Shown: positions 27,273-36,021, numbered from the stretch's first letter. The stretch is DNA of 64,000 nt from an uncultured virus (IMG/VR IMGVR_UViG_3300011008_000093) (IMGVR_UViG_3300011008_000093), one strand, 5' to 3'. Numbers and translations: made by a program. Notes: a model not told the origin generated them from the letters alone.

Positions 27273-28248
27273 TGTGTTCCTCCTCTCTGCGCTGGCCATT
27301 GGCACAAAACCAATTATCCCTCGGCCTCCACGAATACCACCCATCGTTGCACTGGCCGGGGCAGATTTCATCTGGAAATTCCAACGCAAATCCAGTTTCT
27401 TCACCGTTCTCTCCAAGCATAGCCCTGTGAATGCAATCCTTACACCGCACCACCTCCACCATTCTGCCTTTACAAGCATTCATCGCGGCTTCTCTGACAG
27501 ACCAATCGCTATCCTGAAGCCCCTTCTCAATTACTTCCAAAGGCACGTCTCTGCCTTTACAAGCATTCATCGCGGCTTCTCTGACATGCCAATCGCTATC
27601 CTGAAGCCCCTTCTCAATTACTTCCAAAGGCACGTCTCTGCCTTCACAAGCATTCATCGCAGCTGCTCTGACATAGCAATCGTTATCCTGAAGCCCCTTC
27701 TCAATTACTTCCAAAGGCACGTCTCTGCCTTCACAAGCCCTCATCGCGGCTGCTCTGACATAGCAATCGTTATCCTGAAGCCCCTTCTCAATTACTTCCA
27801 AAGGCACGTCTCTGCCTTCACAAGCCCTCATCGCGGCTTCTCTGACATGCCAATCGCTATCCTGAAGCCCCTTCTCAATTACTTCCAAAGGCACGTCTCT
27901 GCCTTCACAAGCATCCATCGCAGCTGCTCTGACATAGCAATCGTTATCCTGAAGCCCCTTCTCAATTACTTCCAAAGGCACATCTCTGCCTTCACAAGCA
28001 TTCATCGCAGCTTCTCTGACAGACCAATCGTCATCCCGAAGCCCTTTCTCAATTACTTCCAAAGGCACGTCTCTGCCTTTACAAGCCCTCATCGCGGCTT
28101 CTCTGACACGCCAACTACTATCCTGAAGCCCTTTCTCAATTACTTCCAAAGGCACGTCTCTGCCTTCACAAACCTTCATCGCGGCTTCTCTGACATTGCA
28201 ATCGTTATCCTGAAGCCCCTTCTCAATTACATACAGACTGTTTTTCAT
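27259..28248 (-). CDS. 9 HEAT-like repeats fused to a Zn-finger-family C-terminus
   Basis: Repeats followed by VEVVRCKDC...NWFCANGQR; RBS ggagg before MKNSLY. Confidence 0.85.
   Translation of the reverse strand: MKNSLYVIEKGLQDNDCNVREAAMKVCEGRDVPLEVIEKGLQDSSWRVREAAMRACKGRDVPLEVIEKGLRDDDWSVREAAMNACEGRDVPLEVIEKGLQDNDCYVRAAAMDACEGRDVPLEVIEKGLQDSDWHVREAAMRACEGRDVPLEVIEKGLQDNDCYVRAAAMRACEGRDVPLEVIEKGLQDNDCYVRAAAMNACEGRDVPLEVIEKGLQDSDWHVREAAMNACKGRDVPLEVIEKGLQDSDWSVREAAMNACKGRMVEVVRCKDCIHRAMLGENGEETGFALEFPDEICPGQCNDGWYSWRPRDNWFCANGQRREEEHNAAD
27462..28230 (-). repeat. 87-bp coding tandem repeat (HEAT-like), 9 units
   Basis: Same nucleotide unit as 3051-3381 and 8305-9170. Confidence 0.95.
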
Positions 28249-28365
28249 GATGCATACCTCCAAAAAAAAATAAAAAAGTGCAGGCAAACATACACCCTCT
28301 TCGTAAAAGAATTTGCAAAATCTGCGGAAAAGAAAAGACCCCGTGTTTCCACGGAGCCTTCTCAA

Positions 28366-28491
28366 CTAGTTGGGATACAACTCCCTTGCCGTGCGAATCA
28401 ACTCCACCCTTTGCTCATGATCCGCTTCGCCGAAACCATGTTCGCGAAGCCACATCAGAGCTTCAAATGAAAGCAGTTCTTTGTCATTCAT
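28366..28491 (-). CDS. Small hypothetical protein (cassette)
   Basis: RBS ggagg overlapping the motif end; terminator downstream. Confidence 0.6.
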   Translation of the reverse strand: MNDKELLSFEALMWLREHGFGEADHEQRVELIRTARELYPN

Positions 28492-28574
28492 TATATCCAC
28501 CTCCATAATAGGAATTGCAAAATCTGCGGAAAAAAGAGAAAAGCTAAAAGCCCGTGTTTCCACGAGCCTTCAGC

Positions 28575-28787
28575 TCATAGACCAATACCATATATCAGTC
28601 GTTCCAGATCCTCTTGTCCAATCTCAATCTCCAAAGACACATGTACCGTATCACCGATCACCGTTGTGTGCAGCTCTTTCAGATCGATCGTGTTAATATC
28701 ACAATCAATCTTTTTCTGCAGCACACGGTTGATCCGATTCGACACGAACCACCGAGTCCAGGGCATCTTGATTTTCAATTCGTCCAT
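28575..28787 (-). CDS. Small hypothetical protein (cassette)
   Basis: MDELKIKM; RBS; motif upstream, terminator downstream. Confidence 0.65.
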   Translation of the reverse strand: MDELKIKMPWTRWFVSNRINRVLQKKIDCDINTIDLKELHTTVIGDTVHVSLEIEIGQEDLERLIYGIGL

Positions 28788-28877
28788 TCTCCTTACTCCT
28801 TTCGGTGTATTTGTCCATAACAGACATTGCAAATTTGGCGCAAAAGAAAAGACTCCGTGTTTCCACGGAGCCTAATC

Positions 28878-29111
28878 TTATTGATAGCTTTCAGCATAAT
28901 CACGAAATCGTTTATTACTATCTCGCATGATCGTTAACAAATCTTTTGCGTTCTCTAAAAATACCTCTGATTTGATCCAATCGTCACGATTACCTTCTTT
29001 TTCATATTTAAGTCGATAATCTTTTGATATGGCCAAATAATGGGTTTCTAGTTCACTTACCTTTGTCCATAATTGATCATAAAGATTTAAAATATCACCG
29101 TAATTATCCAT
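28878..29111 (-). CDS. Small hypothetical protein (cassette, AT-rich)
   Basis: Motif upstream, terminator downstream. Confidence 0.65.
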   Translation of the reverse strand: MDNYGDILNLYDQLWTKVSELETHYLAISKDYRLKYEKEGNRDDWIKSEVFLENAKDLLTIMRDSNKRFRDYAESYQ

Positions 29112-29138
29112 TTATTATCACCTCTATAATATAACTTG

Positions 29139-29498
29139 CTAAATTGGCGTATGGTCAAACACCGTTTCCCAAGGCTGCTTCGGCAAAGGTTTCATTTTTA
29201 ATGCCCACATAATCTGACGAATCGTTACCGTCGGATAAAGCCCTTCGACTTCCTTCTTTGCCCTGACTTCAAAGTATTCCTGAAACTTGGAATGCAAATA
29301 TAAATCATCAGTCAGCCAGGCGTCTACCTCTGTCCAGAAGGTTGTCTTTGTCTCGGGATCGTATCGCTGCTGAATAATGGCCAGACCCTTGTTTTCCGCC
29401 CGAAACAGGGTACAAACATTGTAAACCGGGTGATCACAAATATAACGTTCGCCATACATGGACAAGTATATTTCCGGTTTTTCGTAGTGATAACGCAT
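29139..29498 (-). CDS. Hypothetical phage protein
   Basis: RBS; YICDHPVY..CTL...GLAIIQQRY. Confidence 0.7.
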   Translation of the reverse strand: MRYHYEKPEIYLSMYGERYICDHPVYNVCTLFRAENKGLAIIQQRYDPETKTTFWTEVDAWLTDDLYLHSKFQEYFEVRAKKEVEGLYPTVTIRQIMWALKMKPLPKQPWETVFDHTPI

Positions 29499-29568
29499 CG
29501 TTTTTTCTCCAAAATATAAAAGAAAGAGCCCGTGTTTCCACGAGCTCGATCATATGAGAATTTTCTAA

Positions 29569-29751
29569 CTATTTACAAAACGAGTCATGTATTTTACATA
29601 CTGGCCAAGCCGCGACAAGAAAGATCGCCCAGAGCAAAGTCCATGGCGCACTCAGAACGCAAGCGAGACGATGTCCATCCCGCCACGCCATCTGATACTG
29701 TGGAATCCACTCACGGAAACATTCCCTCTCCGCTTGAATAATCTCACGCAT
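29569..29751 (-). CDS. Small membrane protein (cassette)
   Basis: RBS aggagg; motif upstream, terminator downstream. Confidence 0.6.
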   Translation of the reverse strand: MREIIQAERECFREWIPQYQMAWRDGHRLACVLSAPWTLLWAIFLVAAWPVCKIHDSFCK

Positions 29752-29863
29752 AATAAATACCTCCTAAAATATTCAGAATCATTCTCCATAATACGACTTG
29801 TAAAATATGCGAAAAAAATATAAAAGAAAAGAGTCTTAGATTTCTAAGACTCAGTTCAATCAG

Positions 29864-30238
29864 TTATCCTTCTCTAGTAATACATACTCTGACCATATCG
29901 TCATCCACCTTCATCATCCTATCGACTCTGTAATAACCCAAGTCAACCGTGATCATCGGCGGTCCAGCTATTCCTCTAAGACAAACCGTAATTTGATCGT
30001 TCGGAGTGCACAGCAGATCTTCTATTGTTGTAATTCTCATACTTAGAATATCATCATATGCATCCGCACAAATCATAAACGGCACACCGTCTATAACAGG
30101 ATTTTTCAAACTAGACCTCGCGCATTCACGTCTAAACCCAATATCATTCTTACCATTGATAGTAAAGGCACGAATACCAAATACAGTCGTTTGATTTGTT
30201 TCCTCATATAACTTATTAACCGTTTCATTAAAAGTCAT
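29864..30238 (-). CDS. Hypothetical protein (cassette)
   Basis: RBS; motif upstream, terminator downstream. Confidence 0.65.
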   Translation of the reverse strand: MTFNETVNKLYEETNQTTVFGIRAFTINGKNDIGFRRECARSSLKNPVIDGVPFMICADAYDDILSMRITTIEDLLCTPNDQITVCLRGIAGPPMITVDLGYYRVDRMMKVDDDMVRVCITREG

Positions 30239-30349
30239 ACTCTTTTCTCCTTTATGAAATATTAGAACTTTCGTTCCATAATACTACCTGTAAATTCAGC
30301 GGAAAAAGAAAGAGCCCCGGTTTCCCAGGACTCTCTCCTATGCGTAATG

Positions 30350-30682
30350 TCAGTCGTCGTATTCCTTACATGTTGATTTACAGTACGGATATGGCCCTCC
30401 GCAAGCTCTGCAGCCGGCCGGCGGCATGTCCATTCTTGGAATCAGGAATTCCTCACCATTTTCATCGAGTACAAGTTCCATATCATCGTCATCCTCGTAC
30501 TCATAATCCATAACGTCAATTTCCCAGCCACAGGCCGGGCAGGTGTAATAACTGATCCTGTCCCGCATGGACTCCGTCATAACCGCTCCACATTGATTGC
30601 AGATACCACGTCCACTATTCAAATAATCGGATACTTCCAACTTTGACGGATAGATGATCTCTTTACCGTTTTCATTACTCAT
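30350..30682 (-). CDS. Cys-rich Zn-binding protein (cassette)
   Basis: CNQC, CPAC, CRAC, CKSTC. Confidence 0.7.
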   Translation of the reverse strand: MSNENGKEIIYPSKLEVSDYLNSGRGICNQCGAVMTESMRDRISYYTCPACGWEIDVMDYEYEDDDDMELVLDENGEEFLIPRMDMPPAGCRACGGPYPYCKSTCKEYDD

Positions 30683-30843
30683 TTTTCTACCTCCTAAAAA
30701 TTCCAGAGTGTTTATTTGGATTATACATCCTCTCTGGCTGTTTGTCGAGGTAAAGAGCTCTTTCCTCATAAAATAACCTGCAAATCATGCGAAAAAAAAG
30801 AAGAGAGCGTGTAAAACACGCCCTCCACTTTTTAGCCATCTCT

Positions 30844-31224
30844 CTACTTTGTCGGTCTAAAACGACTTACCAGATTCTTGAATGTCGTCGAAGTAAATGA
30901 GCCGGTTTCCTCGAACCTGAGACCTTTTCCCATCCAGATTCCGTAGAATCCAAGCGGAATCAAGAGTTCCGCTCCAGCTGTAATAATCCTCACTACCCGA
31001 TCAATCCGGCCCTCTTCGTTTTCCTGAAGTTTCACCTTTTCGTCATAAGCAAGACGATCTCGTTTTTCTTCAATCTCTGCCTGAGTTTTGATTTCATCGA
31101 TACGAAGCTTATGCAGCTGAGCAAGATCTTTAATCGCTTGGGTTTTCGCTTCTCCTTCAGAAAACTCCAGGTTTTCAATTTCCTGTTCAATCACCTCGTC
31201 CAACATACTTTTGATTTCTGGCAT
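30844..31224 (-). CDS. Coiled-coil protein with hydrophobic C-terminal segment (cassette)
   Basis: ...GLRFEETGSFTS; motif upstream, hairpin downstream. Confidence 0.7.
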   Translation of the reverse strand: MPEIKSMLDEVIEQEIENLEFSEGEAKTQAIKDLAQLHKLRIDEIKTQAEIEEKRDRLAYDEKVKLQENEEGRIDRVVRIITAGAELLIPLGFYGIWMGKGLRFEETGSFTSTTFKNLVSRFRPTK

Positions 31225-31332
31225 ATTGTTTTCTCCTTTCAAAAATATAAAGTTGGTTTCCATAATAGGAACTGTTGTTTTGGCGAAAAAAAAGACCCCG
31301 TGTTTTTACGAGGTTTGATCCTTAAAACTTTA

Positions 31333-31563
31333 TTATTGCGGTAAATAGTTTTCAACTCTTACCCGAAAAGTAACATATTCAGATTGAATTACATTGACGT
31401 TTCCGTCAAGCTCAAGAAACAAATAAGGTCCATCCGGATCAGACTGATCGACCCGCAATGTTCCGCTGACTCTTTGAAGAGGACGTGGTTTGATGACTCT
31501 GGCAAGCAGAAAGCCGGCGCCCAGACATATGACACACATCAGAATAAAAAGAAAACTATCCAT
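31333..31563 (-). CDS. Small membrane protein
   Basis: N-terminal TM; GTLRVDQSDPDGPYLFLEL. Confidence 0.65.
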   Translation of the reverse strand: MDSFLFILMCVICLGAGFLLARVIKPRPLQRVSGTLRVDQSDPDGPYLFLELDGNVNVIQSEYVTFRVRVENYLPQ

Positions 31564-31698
31564 AATACTTTCACCTCGAAACATTTTTCAAAATACCCCG
31601 CCGGGAATTTTTCAGGATTTGATTTTAGCATTCATTCCGGTCACCCACGTCCGGAAAAATATAAAAAGAAAAAGGGTCTGTAAAGACCCTCAAATTCT

Positions 31699-31863
31699 TC
31701 AGGTTTTATGGAAGCGTTGTTTCACGCTATCGATCTTTTCCGCAGCCTTCTCACGAATTTCTGGATGTGCCATAAGCATGATCCCGGTTCCAAGAGCCGG
31801 AACAATCACCTGTCCAATCCAGAGACGTACTTCACGACTCGCATCAATTCTTTTACGTGTCAT
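31699..31863 (-). CDS. Small membrane protein (cassette)
   Basis: IDASREVRLWIGQVIVP; RBS aaggagg. Confidence 0.65.
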   Translation of the reverse strand: MTRKRIDASREVRLWIGQVIVPALGTGIMLMAHPEIREKAAEKIDSVKQRFHKT

Positions 31864-31964
31864 TACAATTACCTCCTTTTCCATAATATAGGCTGCAAAA
31901 ACTGCGAAAAAAAGAAAGAAAGAGCCCATGCTTCCACGAGCTCTTTTTCATTTAGCAGTCGGTC

Positions 31965-32084
31965 TTACTTCTTATACGGATCTGTCTTTCCAGACATAAA
32001 TGCGATGCATTCATACGCTTCTTCATAAGTATGTCCGTGCTCAATAAGCCAGCGGATCAACCGTTCGGTTTCAACCGTAGTCAC
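31965..32084 (-). CDS. 39-aa protein (GTG start; cassette)
   Basis: Hand translation VTTVETERLIRWLIEHGHTYEEAYECIAFMSGKTDPYKK; RBS aggagg. Confidence 0.5.
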   Translation of the reverse strand: MTTVETERLIRWLIEHGHTYEEAYECIAFMSGKTDPYKK

Positions 32085-32216
32085 ATCGACTCCTCCTTCT
32101 GTGAAACTAGAACCTTGTTCCAAAGTAAGTTACCTCCTTCCATAATAGGGATTGTAGTTTTTGCGCATCTTACTATGTAGATTGTAGCATACCCATTATG
32201 GAAGTACAAGCAACTA

Positions 32217-32636
32217 TCAGTCTCGTTCTTTACTCAGTAACCAAAAGAAACGGCGTGCTGTGTCATAAAACACATCCTTACAGCACGGAATATGATCTCG
32301 CATTCTAAGGACACTGTAAGCGTCGCCTTTGGTCACGTAACTCATAAGATACTGATACAAATCGGGAGAAGCTTCCCTAGCACATTTCTCCACCATTTCA
32401 ATTTTTCTTGCGTAAGAATCCCTCGCTTCCACACAACGAACTGTGGGGTCACTGGTTTCATTGGATCTTCGAAACAACTCCAAATCTTCCGGACGTTTAC
32501 TCAACCCATCCAAACTGTAATACGCCTTTTTCCAGATTGGATACTGCCGGCAAAAGTGTTTCAATTCATAGTACCGTTCCCGATGAATATAATACGGGTT
32601 CTTTTCTGAAATTTCAGATCTTACATTTGTTCCCAT
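32217..32636 (-). CDS. Hypothetical protein, possibly a transcriptional regulator
   Basis: RYYELKHFCRQYP...RRFFWLLS; RBS. Confidence 0.65.
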   Translation of the reverse strand: MGTNVRSEISEKNPYYIHRERYYELKHFCRQYPIWKKAYYSLDGLSKRPEDLELFRRSNETSDPTVRCVEARDSYARKIEMVEKCAREASPDLYQYLMSYVTKGDAYSVLRMRDHIPCCKDVFYDTARRFFWLLSKERD

Positions 32637-32755
32637 GTATCTTTCTCCTTTCAAAAATTGTCAATCATTATTCTGCAGGTAACCACACTTCCTCCTTTCT
32701 GATTCTATCCTAAGTTAGAAAACTGTTTATGCTAAATATAATTCGGTTGAAACAC

Positions 32756-33067
32756 CTAGATAAGGAAACGCAGCTTATGTCTCCACTGTTTCATCGTCAG
32801 TTCACAGGGATAATCTTCATATCCGAGTGTATCAGAAGTAATAATGCCATCCAAAACCCCTTTAATTAGATCCAGTTCGTATTGCTTGTACGGAAGAAGA
32901 TAGTCGGGTAATTCTCTGTGTACCATTCCACATTGAGAACATTTAAGCCGACGTACCTTGATCCATTTGGTTTTTCTTCCTTTTGTCCGTACAATTCGTT
33001 TGCTTCCTCCATAGAGATTTAGCTCTCCTCCGCATTTAGGACATACAACCTGATTTACTTTTACCAT
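32756..33067 (-). CDS. DUF6431-like Zn-ribbon protein
   Basis: CPKC...RRLKCSQCG..HRELPDYLLPYKQY. Confidence 0.7.
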   Translation of the reverse strand: MVKVNQVVCPKCGGELNLYGGSKRIVRTKGRKTKWIKVRRLKCSQCGMVHRELPDYLLPYKQYELDLIKGVLDGIITSDTLGYEDYPCELTMKQWRHKLRFLI

Positions 33068-33148
33068 ATAACACCTCTGATTTTAATTTGTGCCTCAAAT
33101 ATACGTCGTGATGTCAAAAAAAGAAAGAGGCCGCGAAGCCTCTTTTCC

Positions 33149-33313
33149 TCATTTCTTCTTTAATACAGATTTGATAATCATATAAACCATGAATGCGCAA
33201 ACAATTACATCACCGAACACCAGAAGCACAACGATTCCACTGGATCCAACCAGCGTAATCGTTCCGATTCCGATGACAAGCAGTATAAATATCAGCATAA
33301 TCAAGCTTATCAT
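33149..33313 (-). CDS. Small membrane protein (cassette)
   Basis: 54-aa hydrophobic ORF between the motif and a hairpin. Confidence 0.55.
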   Translation of the reverse strand: MISLIMLIFILLVIGIGTITLVGSSGIVVLLVFGDVIVCAFMVYMIIKSVLKKK

Positions 33314-33491
33314 ACTATCACCTCCATAATATAGGCTGCAAAAACTGCGAAAAAAAAACCTCCGCCAATCTTTACAGATAAGCAGAGGTAAAAAAGAATA
33401 GAATCTGTTTTTTCAGTAGATGTAAAAAAAAGCCAAAATATCAGTCATAAACAGGGCGTTCTATTCTAGAATAAAACATGATTTTCCAAGT

Positions 33492-33533
33492 TTGGTAAGG
33501 ATGAGGTCGGCAGTTCGAATCTGCCCAGCAGCT
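33492..33533 (+). other. attP core: 3' half of tRNA-Thr(GGT)
   Basis: TTGGTAA-GGATG-AGGTC-GGCAGTTCGAATCTGCC-CAGCAGCT, with no 5' half; 210 bp from the integrase stop; hairpin + T tract follows. Confidence 0.85.
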
Positions 33534-33742
33534 TCCTCTTTTTATCCTCGGAAATCCTTAAACGGTAAGGGTTTTCGGGGATTTTCTTTTATTTTCCAGC
33601 CTGCATTTTTGACCTCGTGAGAGAAATCTGATGCTTTTTTGCAAACAATCTGCAAATTCCCAGTCAGAAAAACACTCTAAAACCCTTACGGGATAAGGCT
33701 TTCCGCTAATCTAGATTAGCAAATTGCCTGTAAATAATCAGG

Positions 33743-34762
33743 TTAAACGGGCCCATAAATCCGGTCAATCGCCTCTGCGGTCTTGAGATCACCTCCACGT
33801 CCTTTCACATAATGTTTCATGGTTGTGGACGCATTGGAATGGCCTGCGGCAAGCTGGGTTGCTTTTAAATCTTTTGTTTGGTCATAAATATCAGTCAGGA
33901 CCGTTGTTCGGAACCGGATGGGTGTGATGCGCTCCTCAAAACCAATGTTTTTTCTGATACGTTCACACATCCGCTTCACCTGCTGATAACTGATCGGATT
34001 CGTTCCGCCTATAACAAATTCGTCTGAACTTCCTGCCTCAGAAAGATACCTTGCCGCTATTCCGGACAATCCGATAACACGTTGACTCTGTTCTGTCTTT
34101 GTTTCTTTGACAATGGGTTGATTCCGGTCCGGATGAGTCACAGCTCTGCAAATACAAATAGTCATGTTGTCAAGATCAATGTCTTCCCATTTCAAACCGA
34201 GAACTTCCTCCAATCTGAGAGGATGTAACGCGATCAACGCCAGAAATCTCTGATCGCAGGGTCTCTCTACCTTAGAAATACCGTTCACAAGAGTCCGCAT
34301 TTGCTCAACGGTATACTCTTTTGTCGGACTGCTCGATGGGCCGGTAATTTTCAACCGTTTGGACTTCAACGGATTCTTTACGATGAATCCGTCTTCAATT
34401 GCAGCTTCAAATATCATATTTAGAACAAGTTTGACTTTGTCTTTGGTGGTTTTTACTCCAGACATTTTATTGAAAAACCTCTGAAGGTCATCTGTCGTTA
34501 TGTCCTCAATATCCATTTTCTCAAACGTCGGAACCAAATGGACCTTCAACTGTCTTTGATATGTGATTGCAGTTGTGGCATCTATATTCGGCTTACTGTA
34601 AAGCTCAAACCAATTCCAGGCGTAGTCTTTAAAGTTATGTTTCTGGGTAGAAGCTCCAAGAAACAATTTTTCCAGTTTATCCGCGTACTCCTGCTCTGTG
34701 TTGGCGTGGATCCACCTCTTTTCTCCATGAATCATTACAACCCGATTGATCTTCGTCGCCAT
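33743..34762 (-). CDS. int: Tyrosine integrase
   Basis: LRLEEVLGLKWEDID, TKT, IRFRTT, GH, HY; N-terminal SAM-like domain; RBS before MATKIN. Confidence 0.9.
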   Translation of the reverse strand: MATKINRVVMIHGEKRWIHANTEQEYADKLEKLFLGASTQKHNFKDYAWNWFELYSKPNIDATTAITYQRQLKVHLVPTFEKMDIEDITTDDLQRFFNKMSGVKTTKDKVKLVLNMIFEAAIEDGFIVKNPLKSKRLKITGPSSSPTKEYTVEQMRTLVNGISKVERPCDQRFLALIALHPLRLEEVLGLKWEDIDLDNMTICICRAVTHPDRNQPIVKETKTEQSQRVIGLSGIAARYLSEAGSSDEFVIGGTNPISYQQVKRMCERIRKNIGFEERITPIRFRTTVLTDIYDQTKDLKATQLAAGHSNASTTMKHYVKGRGGDLKTAEAIDRIYGPV

Positions 34763-35051
34763 AGTGTCATCTCCTTGCTGCGACGAACACCCTGAATCAT
34801 ATTTCGTGATACTCTGGCTTTTCAAACCGGATGTTATCACAGAATTTCTCAGGTTGCAACTGAGTGTTTCCAGAAAAGATTTGCTGTTTCTCTTTTTCAT
34901 ACTTTACCTCCGGTATAAATACAAACGGGCAGCAACCCTAAACCCTACCTGCCCTATGGGATAGCCCACCCCCTCCATCCGGCTGCATGGAGATTTCATT
35001 TAATGCATGCTCACTATCCGTTCCCAAAATATCAATGGACTTAATAAGAAA

Positions 35052-36002
35052 TTAATTCAAATGCATGGTAATATCATGTACATTTAAATATGGATGTGCT
35101 ATTTCTCCAACTTCCAGCATCGGATAAAAAGTTACGCCGTCGCCACAGTTATAATTTTTACGTATAACCAAATAAATATAAATATACTCGTAGCCAGTAA
35201 ATTTATAACCACGTCTGTCAGAATAATGATAAACATTTGCAGTTGTTCCACTACTGCCACTCGGCGTTGTTCCTTCTGGAGTTAATCTAACGACCATTCC
35301 GCAATTACTCGCCGATGTCGAAACCGATGGACATCCACTTAAGATATAGTTTTTTGTTGGATCGAGATGTATTACTGGAACTGTCGCATCTAAACTGGAA
35401 CCATCCAATCCATAATAAGCAGCCGCTGTTGCAGTTCCGGTTGCCGTAATACTACCATCACGATTTGTTGTCCATGTAATTCCATTTGTCGTATAAGAAT
35501 TTCCGCTTTCCGCTTGGCGATTATAAACACGTGGCATCAGATTTATGATAGGGGTATTCGCTTCTATTTCGTTCAAACTGAACCAATCATGCCATGTTGT
35601 GTCTGTTCCAAAACGGTAATAAATACTATCACTTTCTGCCGTTAACCAAATTTGAATAAATCTCGTTGAATAGAAAGTTGTTGCTACAATAAGACGACCC
35701 GCTCCCGAAGATGGAATATTTGAAATCGTATTGGCAATAGCAAGACTGACAATCTTATAATTTCCTATTGTACGGTAATCATTCAAATCAGCATTTTCCG
35801 GAATTTCTATTGCATTATTACTACTTAAACTAAAAAGTCTACGAATTGCAGCATATATTCCAGCGCTGCTAACTGGATTATTACTATTCTCAATAGGAGT
35901 GGAATCAAATGTTAAAGTATCCTGTTTTCCAGCCAGCAGTGTGTCAATCTTGCTCTTAAACCTGCTCAAAAGATTGAGGTCGATCAAATCAGTCAGTGCC
36001 AT
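35052..36002 (-). CDS. Putative fibre / receptor-binding protein
   Basis: KQDTLTFDSTP repeat, knob-like DLNDYRTIGNY module, C-terminal beta-rich domain. Confidence 0.65.
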   Translation of the reverse strand: MALTDLIDLNLLSRFKSKIDTLLAGKQDTLTFDSTPIENSNNPVSSAGIYAAIRRLFSLSSNNAIEIPENADLNDYRTIGNYKIVSLAIANTISNIPSSGAGRLIVATTFYSTRFIQIWLTAESDSIYYRFGTDTTWHDWFSLNEIEANTPIINLMPRVYNRQAESGNSYTTNGITWTTNRDGSITATGTATAAAYYGLDGSSLDATVPVIHLDPTKNYILSGCPSVSTSASNCGMVVRLTPEGTTPSGSSGTTANVYHYSDRRGYKFTGYEYIYIYLVIRKNYNCGDGVTFYPMLEVGEIAHPYLNVHDITMHLN

Positions 36003-36021
36003 TGCTCAACCTCCTATTTGA

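Larger units (their letters stand above)
28299..33350 (-). promoter_or_regulatory. Cluster of 11 CGC-N8-CAR-N4-TNTTA motifs (near 28299, 28501, 28814, 29122, 29784, 30274, 30764, 31259, 31879, 32138, 33322), most directly after a hairpin + T-tract
   Basis: Ungapped alignment by eye; always upstream of a gene start on the coding strand. Confidence 0.75.

Noticed and set aside
3009..28248. Diversity-generating retroelement behind the repeat variation (NNT codons at position 17)
   Set aside because: No reverse transcriptase or non-coding template repeat in the window, and most sites have only two alleles; cannot be excluded for sequence outside the window
27274..28470. 398-aa plus-strand repeat ORF
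   Set aside because: Antisense shadow of the HEAT gene; no RBS; opposite to all neighbours
33492..33533. Complete tRNA-Thr gene
   Set aside because: The 5' acceptor strand, D arm and 5' anticodon stem are absent
28250..34762. Classical integron
   Set aside because: The integrase looks phage-type with a tRNA attP; no attC-type RYYYAAC/GTTRRRY structure; the hairpins look like terminators
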